Source: a virus
Taxonomy: Duplodnaviria > Caudoviricetes
Strand: one strand, 5' to 3'
IMG/VR virus record: IMGVR_UViG_3300037470_000389
Location: 1 to 43,825 of that record
Length of the DNA stretch: 43,825 bases
Shown here piece by piece: positions 37,458 through 43,698 of the stretch. How positions within the stretch are numbered: the stretch's first letter is position 1; every line of letters starts with the position of its first letter. A program made the translations under genes and the position numbers. Under the pieces are notes generated by a model. The model ran no database searches and was not told where the DNA came from. It saw only the letters and a program-made list of their open reading frames with translations.

Positions 37458-39377
37458 ATGCGTCTTTCCCGCATTGTCCTGCCGCTTTTGCTCGGCTTTT
37501 CGGCCCTCCCGGCTCATGCCGCAGACCTATGGCGTTCCGAGGGTGCCCCTTCGTTTGTCAATCAAAACGGCAAACCCTACGCCAGTGGAAAGCTCTGCTA
37601 TTACGAGGCGGGAACCACTGACGCCCTGACCGTCTTTAAGACAGCTGATGAGGCAGAGGCGTGGGCTCAGCCCATCGAGCTTAGTTCTGCCGGCACTCTT
37701 GGCGATCCGATCTATGTTCCTATCGGAGCGTTCAAGGAGGTGTTTCTTACCTCAGACGCCGAGGATTGCGATACCGGCACGGTCCTATTTACCTCCGACG
37801 ATATTCCCGGAGCGCTGAATGCGGCAGACCTGGGGATCGATACCACCCCCGAACGGCCAATCCTAGCTAAGGCTGGAAACTATACGCTTGTCGCGGCTGA
37901 TATTGGCAAGGTTGTCGATGTCGATGCCACGGCTGACCATACGACTATAACCCTGATCGGAGTCCTCAACGGGGAAATGGTCACGGTCCGCAAGAACGAT
38001 GCGTCGGCCAATACAGTCATCGTTGACACGATAGGCACGGAGACGATCAACGGGACTTCGACCTACACTCTCACCAAGCAAAACGAAACTGTCACCGTTG
38101 TCTCGGACGGGTCCAGCTGGAGAACCATCGACACTGACGTTGCGGGCACCATCACCTTTGCCAAACTCGCGACCGATGCCTGGGACGACGATCCGACTCT
38201 TGGGGCTGATTCAGACGCGCTCTTGCCAACTCAGGCAGCGGTCAAGGATTACGTCGATGCGGTAGCTGTTGCTAGCATCAAGTGGAAGGCTCCGGTTAGG
38301 GTTGCTACTACTGCTAACGGTACTCTTGCCTCTGACTTCGAGGATGGTGACGAGATCGATGGCGTTACGCTGGCGACCGGCGACCGTATACTCATCAAGA
38401 ACCAAACCACCGAGACTGAAAACGGTATCTATACGGTGGAGGCTACCGGCGCTCCTACACGAGCGGCTGACGCAAACGAAGACGCCGAAGTTCCCGGCTC
38501 TACAGTGCTGGTCGAGGAAGGCACTGCTAACGGCAACCAGACCTGGGCCAACAATAACACATCCGTCGAAATTGGCACAGATAACATCACGTTCGTGCAA
38601 ACTGCGGGATCGAACGTCTACACTGCTGACAACGCCACGCTTGAACTGAACGGCTCACAATTCCGTATCAAGAACCTCGGAGCTACTACGGCGAAGATTA
38701 ACGACCTTGCCGTAACGGAGGGCAAGATTGCATCGTCGGCTGTCACCTATGACAAGCTTGCAGCCGATGTTCAGAAAAGAACAATACAGGTCGGGACGAT
38801 CTTCGACTATGTGGGCGCAACATGTCCCGCGTATTCCGTATCTCCCTTCGGACAAGCAATCAGCCGGGAAACCTATTCTGTCCTGTTCGGGATAACCAGC
38901 ACGACCTATGGCGCTGGAAACGGCACCACGACCTTCAACGTGCCTGACATTAGAGGCCGTGTCGTTGCTGGCGATGACGACATGGGGGGCACGTCCGCCA
39001 ATCGGCTCACTGACTTAACAGACGGGGTAAACGGCGACACGCTGGGCGCGGTGGGCGGTGTTGAGAGTTTCACTCTCGCCTTAGGCAACCTACCCAGCAC
39101 CAACCTGTCTTCGGCCAACCTATCTGTTACGGGGAGCATTTCCCTTACGGGTTCGGCCAGCTTTGCCAACATAGCGCGTAACGTCAGTGTTAACACCGCA
39201 GGCGTGTCTCAAGGTGGGTCGGCGCGCGTGACATCTATAAATCAGAACCAGTTTGATCTTGGCATAACATCCAATCTTGATGTTGGCGGGTCCATCCCTC
39301 TAGGTGGTTCCGGGACGGCTAAGGGTCACATCCAGCCCACGATTGTACTGACAAAGTGCTTGCAAACTGGAGTCTAA
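37458..39377 (+). CDS. Main tail fibre/spike with head-binding-like N-domain and collar domain
   Basis: NGKPYASGKLCYYEAGT...PIELSSAG (tailspike attachment type), WKAPVRVAT...DRILIKNQT...NGIY, GQAISRETYSVLF...TTFNVPDIRGR (collar). Confidence 0.88.
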   Translation: MRLSRIVLPLLLGFSALPAHAADLWRSEGAPSFVNQNGKPYASGKLCYYEAGTTDALTVFKTADEAEAWAQPIELSSAGTLGDPIYVPIGAFKEVFLTSDAEDCDTGTVLFTSDDIPGALNAADLGIDTTPERPILAKAGNYTLVAADIGKVVDVDATADHTTITLIGVLNGEMVTVRKNDASANTVIVDTIGTETINGTSTYTLTKQNETVTVVSDGSSWRTIDTDVAGTITFAKLATDAWDDDPTLGADSDALLPTQAAVKDYVDAVAVASIKWKAPVRVATTANGTLASDFEDGDEIDGVTLATGDRILIKNQTTETENGIYTVEATGAPTRAADANEDAEVPGSTVLVEEGTANGNQTWANNNTSVEIGTDNITFVQTAGSNVYTADNATLELNGSQFRIKNLGATTAKINDLAVTEGKIASSAVTYDKLAADVQKRTIQVGTIFDYVGATCPAYSVSPFGQAISRETYSVLFGITSTTYGAGNGTTTFNVPDIRGRVVAGDDDMGGTSANRLTDLTDGVNGDTLGAVGGVESFTLALGNLPSTNLSSANLSVTGSISLTGSASFANIARNVSVNTAGVSQGGSARVTSINQNQFDLGITSNLDVGGSIPLGGSGTAKGHIQPTIVLTKCLQTGV

Positions 39378-39520
39378 CGTAGCGGAACGCCCAGGAAGAT
39401 TAGCGCAACCTGGACGTTCCTAACCACTACTCAACCTCAAAACGGGAGGTCTTTCATGGCTCAGGATACTACATGCGAACCCAGCCACGTGTGCAAATCA
39501 CAAATCGCCAGGTAGGCGAG

Positions 39521-39712
39521 ATGTGGTGGCAGGGGCACAGCGAAGCGGCCAAGGATTGGATAACCGCAACGGCTGGGGGAGGTCTTCCTTTGGCTGCATA
39601 CCTTGGCGATCTGAACTCAATTCTAGTGACGTTCACGGCTATGGGGGGCTTGGCTATCATGGGGATCAGGTTGCGTCAGCACTGGCTCCATAGGAACGAC
39701 AAGCCGAAATGA
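39521..39712 (+). CDS. Putative holin
   Basis: Hydrophobic helices with basic C-terminus; upstream of endolysin; alternative start 39473. Confidence 0.55.
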   Translation: MWWQGHSEAAKDWITATAGGGLPLAAYLGDLNSILVTFTAMGGLAIMGIRLRQHWLHRNDKPK

Positions 39713-39713
39713 C

Positions 39714-40037
39714 ATGGACGATCTACAAAAAGCCGTCACGCAATTAGCGGTCGATGTTTCGAGGATCGAAGCTCAGCAAAAAGAGCGTTCTAGGGAATAC
39801 GCACGCAGGCTGAAAGAGCTGAACCACTCTCGGGCTCAAACCAGAGAGACGCAAGCACTTTACCTTCCGCGCGTTGCGTTCGAGAACGAACTGAAAGAGT
39901 GGACCACCTGGCGTCGAGGGATTGACAAGGAACTCGACACTAACAACGGCAAGCGGGCGATGATGGTGTCGATTATCTCGGCTGTCATCGCGGTGTCCGG
40001 GTTTGTCGGGACCGTCCTGAACTACGCGCTTCAGTAA
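39714..40037 (+). CDS. Coiled-coil protein with C-terminal TM helix (lysis region)
   Basis: MMVSIISAVIAVSGFVGTVL. Confidence 0.7.
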   Translation: MDDLQKAVTQLAVDVSRIEAQQKERSREYARRLKELNHSRAQTRETQALYLPRVAFENELKEWTTWRRGIDKELDTNNGKRAMMVSIISAVIAVSGFVGTVLNYALQ

Positions 40038-40114
40038 GCTTCCGCTTCGCTCGTTTATCGAGCCACCGGGCGATCTCACGTCCGATCATCTGAATCAATT
40101 TCACAGGCCAGAGC

Positions 40115-40666
40115 ATGAACAGAAAGCGTTTCTTCGACGCTGTCCGCCCCATGATGCCGGGCGGAAAGCTGACACAGGATCAAGTTGATCGTATCGAGGC
40201 TGTTGTCGATGGGCTAGAAGCGTCCAACCTTTCCCTTCGCTCCAGGGCTTATGTTCTAGCGACCGCGCATCACGAAGCTGACTATTGGCGAGCCCTTGAG
40301 GAATACGCCTCGGGCTCCGCTTACGAAGGCCGTAGAGACTTAGGCAACACTCAACCCGGTGACGGCAAGAGGTTCAAGGGCCGTGGCCTCGTGATGATTA
40401 CAGGCCGGTCCAATTATACCGATTGGAGCAGAAGGCTCAACGTCGATTTTGTAGGCAACCCGCAATGGGTTTCCGATCTTGAGTATGCCGTCCCGATCTT
40501 GATTGACGGGATGACGCTGGGAACCTTCACGGGCAAGAAGCTGCACGACTATTTCACTGACACGAAAACCGATTGGGTCAACGCCAGACGCACAGTGAAT
40601 GGGCTCGATAGAGCTGACTTGATTGCGAGCCATGCTCTCAAGTTCCTTGCGGCAATCGACCAATAG
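40115..40666 (+). CDS. Endolysin, glycoside hydrolase family 19-like
   Basis: AYVLATAHHE, FKGRGLVMITGRSNY, ARRTVNG. Confidence 0.9.
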   Translation: MNRKRFFDAVRPMMPGGKLTQDQVDRIEAVVDGLEASNLSLRSRAYVLATAHHEADYWRALEEYASGSAYEGRRDLGNTQPGDGKRFKGRGLVMITGRSNYTDWSRRLNVDFVGNPQWVSDLEYAVPILIDGMTLGTFTGKKLHDYFTDTKTDWVNARRTVNGLDRADLIASHALKFLAAIDQ

Positions 40667-40882
40667 CCCCTTCGGGTCAATCGTTCACCGATGCTTCAAG
40701 CATCCTAGAGCGTGCCGTCTTTGTCTCACGCTTAGATATCTCTTACTCAAACTCATGAGGCGCAAACGTCCATGGGAATCCTATTGCCTGAAAGGCAAGA
40801 GCCGGAAGCTCTAACGAGCCATGGTGAATACGCGATGCCGTTTGTGGAAGCGGCAAATGACTTAGCAAACAGGAGACTGAAC

Positions 40883-41125
40883 ATGGACTGGGTTATGAAA
40901 TTCGTAATGGGTGGTTGGATTCCCGAAGGGAAGCGCACCCAGTGGACTGCGTTCGCTGCGGCTGTGTCCGCTCTTGCGGTTGCCTTTGTCCAGTGGGGCT
41001 CAGGTGAAATGACCGCACAGATGCTTGTCGAAATGGTTGCCGACAAGTGGGAAATCCTGCTTGGCTCGCTGATTGCCTACTTCGTGGGTGAGAAGGTCGA
41101 TGCCATGCGTGAGGAAACCAAGTAA
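40883..41125 (+). CDS. Membrane protein, holin-like
   Basis: AGGAGA RBS; GKRT followed by two hydrophobic segments. Confidence 0.65.
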   Translation: MDWVMKFVMGGWIPEGKRTQWTAFAAAVSALAVAFVQWGSGEMTAQMLVEMVADKWEILLGSLIAYFVGEKVDAMREETK

Positions 41126-41265
41126 TGGACTTCTCCGGTCTGTTCGACATGCTGGCCTCCAACCCGCAGGTGGTTGGGGGCGGCATCTGGGGAACGATCT
41201 TCCTGCTTGGCCTTTCGTATATGAAAGCTCAGGCCGAGAAGAAGAAACCCAAGAAGCGCAAATGA
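41125..41265 (+). CDS. Small membrane peptide (46 aa) with Lys-rich tail
   Basis: TAATG coupling; MDFSGLFDMLASNPQVVGGGIWGTIFLLGLSYMKAQAEKKKPKKRK. Confidence 0.65.
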   Translation: MDFSGLFDMLASNPQVVGGGIWGTIFLLGLSYMKAQAEKKKPKKRK

Positions 41266-41348
41266 AACGAGACCTGAATCTAGCCGTGTTGGTATCAGTC
41301 GCGGCTATCATTCTTTTGGGTTTGTATGTTCTGGTTCTGGGTGGCTAG
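41262..41348 (+). CDS. Micro membrane peptide (28 aa)
   Basis: ATGA coupling; MKRDLNLAVLVSVAAIILLGLYVLVLGG. Confidence 0.55.
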   Translation: MKRDLNLAVLVSVAAIILLGLYVLVLGG

Positions 41349-41573
41349 AACTCCGCCGATGGCGTGGATTGCAATGCGAGCTTCCCCCTCCGAGGGGAAG
41401 GGGCCTATTGTTGCATATCGACTAATGACGTGAAATTCTCGGCGCGTCTTTTTCCCGCCCCACCATTTGCGTTCAACAACATCGCCAGAGAGGATTTGGC
41501 ATATGACGGGCTCTAGCTTAACGCAGCCAGTCAAATACGTGACGCGGTAGAACCCGTCAGCATCAGGTGTCAT
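41295..41573 (-). CDS. Hypothetical protein
   Basis: AAGGA upstream; convergent with lysis genes. Confidence 0.55.
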   Translation of the reverse strand: MTPDADGFYRVTYLTGCVKLEPVICQILSGDVVERKWWGGKKTRREFHVISRYATIGPFPSEGEARIAIHAIGGVLATQNQNIQTQKNDSRD

Positions 41574-41616
41574 CGCTTCCGTCCTTCATTCTTTTGGTCT
41601 GTTACGCTTTGGTGGT

Positions 41617-41817
41617 TTAGGAACGTTGGCCTGCGTCTTCAATCCAGTCAGCACGGCTATGACGTGACATCACGCTAACATATCGCTTCCCATATTGGTC
41701 TTCGATGGAGAAATGCTTTTCGACCTCGACAGCGTTACGCTTCGCATACGACTTGGCGCTCGGTCTTGATGGGCAAGTGCCAATTATCTTGCCTTCCATG
41801 TAAACGGTCCATGTCAT
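41617..41817 (-). CDS. Hypothetical protein
   Basis: ATGA coupled to RHH gene. Confidence 0.65.
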   Translation of the reverse strand: MTWTVYMEGKIIGTCPSRPSAKSYAKRNAVEVEKHFSIEDQYGKRYVSVMSRHSRADWIEDAGQRS

Positions 41818-42053
41818 CGCTTCCTCGCTTTCTGACGGCGCTTGATTTCTCGTTCGACGGCTTCTCTCACAAAATCAGTACGGTCCTCATTGGTTTTCAG
41901 GACAGAGGCGATTTGCTCGAAAGTCCCCTCCGGGAATCGAGCTTGCATGTCCTCGGACCATCGTTTTTTCCTGCCCACATGCCTAGGGGTAGCCAAAGGC
42001 GGGGGATTAGTCACCTGATTTTTCTGATATGGGATATTGACCTCGAAACTCAT
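41814..42053 (-). CDS. Ribbon-helix-helix (Arc/CopG-like) regulator
   Basis: MQARFPEGTFEQIASVL...RTDFVREAVEREIKRR; true start may be GTG at 41978. Confidence 0.75.
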   Translation of the reverse strand: MSFEVNIPYQKNQVTNPPPLATPRHVGRKKRWSEDMQARFPEGTFEQIASVLKTNEDRTDFVREAVEREIKRRQKARKR

Positions 42054-42077
42054 ATGAGGTAAGTTATCTCATATCAG
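42024..42077 (+). promoter_or_regulatory. Sigma70-type promoter embedded in inverted repeats
   Basis: TTGACC (42037)-17 nt-TAAGTT (42060); flanked by CTGATATGGGATA / TATCTCATATCAG (13 bp IR, 1 mismatch); internal palindrome CTCATATGAG. Confidence 0.7.
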
Positions 42078-42093
42078 TTATGGAGGCAAGGAG

Positions 42094-42269
42094 TTTCGGC
42101 GGCGGCGTGGAAAGCAGACACGCAGCCTTTAATGAGGCGAGGCCAGCCACCTTTTACAGGGCCGCAGGGGTGAGAAGCGCGACGATCCTGCGTACGGCAC
42201 GATGCCTCTACGGTGAGACCGGGGGACGCGCTCGTTCCCGGAGCCTCAGTAGCGCGAGGCCCGCCGAAA
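42094..42269 (+). ncRNA. tRNA-framed structured RNA, copy A
   Basis: Closing stem TTTCGGCGG/CCGCCGAAA, CG, GCGTG/CACGC arm, internal hairpins, GCCTC-AGTAGCGC-GAGGC arm stacked on the closing stem. Confidence 0.7.
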
Positions 42270-42285
42270 GCTAAACGGGGAACGC

Positions 42286-42462
42286 ATGACAAGGCTTCTC
42301 ATCATCCTGACCATCACCCTCTACGTCCTAGAGTGGAAGGGGAGCCCTATCAGCTTCGACATGACCAAGAGTGAGTGTGACGAAGTGAAAACCGAGATTG
42401 AACGAGAGTCAGGCCCGCTCATAGACCTTTGGTGCTCGCCTGTAGAGAGGGACGTGATCTGA
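42286..42462 (+). CDS. Small protein (58 aa) with hydrophobic N-terminus and two Cys
   Basis: GGGGA RBS; MTRLLIILTITLYVLEW... Confidence 0.55.
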   Translation: MTRLLIILTITLYVLEWKGSPISFDMTKSECDEVKTEIERESGPLIDLWCSPVERDVI

Positions 42463-42473
42463 TGGAGGTTAGA

Positions 42474-42596
42474 ATGAAAGAGATTATCTACGTTGCCCCA
42501 GACGAGTTGCATCGTCCTGGTGGTGGCTCAGGCTGCGCTCCACGCGAAGGCTGGGGCGGCGGCAACCCTGTCCTGTTTAAAGGCCCAGGAGCGTAA
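42474..42596 (+). CDS. Small Gly/Pro-rich protein (40 aa)
   Basis: GGAGG RBS; MKEIIYVAPDELHRPGGGSGCAPREGWGGGNPVLFKGPGA. Confidence 0.45.
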   Translation: MKEIIYVAPDELHRPGGGSGCAPREGWGGGNPVLFKGPGA

Positions 42597-42641
42597 TCCT
42601 ATGACCAAAACCTGTAGCGAACGGATTTAAGGGGGACTGAC

Positions 42642-43040
42642 ATGCCCGTGCCCATGCCCGCAGTCGTTGTTCTGGTGGTGTGCAAAACAATCATCTCAGG
42701 CCCTCCCGATCAGAACGCAGGCTACACGGGATACGAACCAAGGGAGTGGGCCACGGAGCACTCCATGATGATCTGCCGGCGTCTTGAGATCGACGTGATG
42801 GATCAAGCGGAAGCAATGGGAGCCGATCCCCAACCGTTCAATCAACAGCGATGCCAACGCAGCGGAGCGCTGTTAGGTGTCGAATGGGATCAAGCTCATA
42901 GGAGTTCATCGTATAGACATTGGAGATACGCTTGTCCGGTGCCCATTGTGAACACGATCACGAAAGAGATTATTGGCTGGAAAAAACCTGAGTGCGGACA
43001 CCGCGACACGGTACGCTGTGAGGTTGATGCCGAGATATGA
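42642..43040 (+). CDS. Hypothetical Cys-containing protein
   Basis: GGGGGA RBS; six Cys; short hydrophobic N-terminal stretch. Confidence 0.7.
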   Translation: MPVPMPAVVVLVVCKTIISGPPDQNAGYTGYEPREWATEHSMMICRRLEIDVMDQAEAMGADPQPFNQQRCQRSGALLGVEWDQAHRSSSYRHWRYACPVPIVNTITKEIIGWKKPECGHRDTVRCEVDAEI

Positions 43041-43052
43041 AGGAGACTGACA

Positions 43053-43127
43053 ATGGCTTTTAGCATCCCAATGTTTGGCCCAGGCCCAGCAAGCGGCCAG
43101 CCGCGTTACGGCAAGTTCGAAATCTAA
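43053..43127 (+). CDS. Candidate micropeptide (24 aa)
   Basis: AGGAGACTGA RBS context identical to that of the 40883 gene; MAFSIPMFGPGPASGQPRYGKFEI. Confidence 0.4.
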   Translation: MAFSIPMFGPGPASGQPRYGKFEI

Positions 43128-43335
43128 TTGCCGCCCGTGAACCCGAGTTTCGATTACTCGGCAGCTCCACCAATGGGCGCTCCTAGGAAATACGCTAGAG
43201 ATATGTTCCACAACTGTCTCTAGACAACCGATGGTCATGTGCGAGTTGTGGTTAGCGCATGATTGGAGCGTCCTTTAATGGGGCTGAAAAGGTATCGCAC
43301 GGGTAGCAGTCCTGAGCATGACGATAAACTGCTCA
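43127..43335 (+). ncRNA. ssrA: Circularly permuted (two-piece) tmRNA-like RNA / tRNA-Ala mimic
   Basis: 3' piece first: GCCCGTG-AAC-CCGAGT-TTCGATT-ACTCGG-CAGCTCC-ACCA (43133-43172); 5' piece second: GGGGCTG-AAAAGGTATCG-CACGGGT (43280-43304). Acceptor stem has G3:U70 and A73; stemless D-loop; helix 2 pairs across the pieces. Outer ends uncertain. Confidence 0.75.
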
Positions 43336-43419
43336 ATTGAGGCCCTCGGTGAAAGTCCGTTAAGCCATCACTGATGGATGAGGCAGACCAAGTTTCTGAC
43401 AGACCGTGAATCTGTCAGC

Positions 43420-43522
43420 GGATTGCGAGCGACGCGGTGAACCTCCAGGCCGTAGCCTTGGCATTACCCGTTTTCTGCCATGTGCGCCATGCAAGGGAAT
43501 TGGAGTCCTTGCCTCGCAATCC
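43420..43522 (+). ncRNA. Structured RNA, divergent tRNA-framed copy C
   Basis: 10-bp closing stem GGATTGCGAG/CTCGCAATCC with GCAAGGG-AATTGGAG-TCCTTGC arm stacked directly on it. Confidence 0.5.
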
Positions 43523-43528
43523 ATCTAA

Positions 43529-43693
43529 CTGGCGGCGGCGTGGAAGCTAGTTCGCGACAAGACACGCCTGAGAATGCAGCTGCAACGGCGGGTTACTACC
43601 GGGTTGATCACGGTAAACTGGCCGTAAGTGGAACATAGGCCCTGACGGTGCTGCTACCGATTCGGGGAGCCGGGATAGCGTCCGGCCCGCCAG
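43529..43693 (+). ncRNA. tRNA-framed structured RNA, copy B
   Basis: Closing stem CTGGCGG/CCGCCAG, CG, GCGTG/CACGC arm, internal hairpins, GCCGG-GATAGCGT-CCGGC arm; covaries with copy A. Confidence 0.7.
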
Positions 43694-43698
43694 AACTA

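Larger units (their letters stand above)
1..43698. mobile_element. Complete temperate P22-like podovirus genome (circular), probable alphaproteobacterial host
   Basis: Integrase/attP, cI/cro, terminase, P22-type portal-scaffold-coat-gp4-gp10-ejection genes and lysis genes are all present; no tape measure or sheath gene; ends overlap; GcrA homologue points to Alphaproteobacteria. Confidence 0.93.

Noticed and set aside
21240-39377. Diversity-generating retroelement or invertible fibre switch between the two collar-domain genes
   Set aside because: No reverse transcriptase or invertase; similarity seen only at protein motif level; both genes on the same strand.
42515-42590. Fourth framed RNA (TCCTGG/CCAGGA closing stem, GTGG/CCAC arm)
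   Set aside because: No convincing T-like arm and it lies inside a 40-aa ORF with a strong RBS; pairing could be chance at this GC content.
43127-43310. tmRNA fragment as a second att site, or an ordinary tRNA-Ala
   Set aside because: Both halves are present with no adjacent integrase; there is no D-stem or anticodon arm and the order is permuted.
43345-43400. Hammerhead ribozyme (GAAA and CTGATG nearby)
   Set aside because: Core reads CTGATGG, not CTGANGA, and stems I-III cannot be built in the required order.
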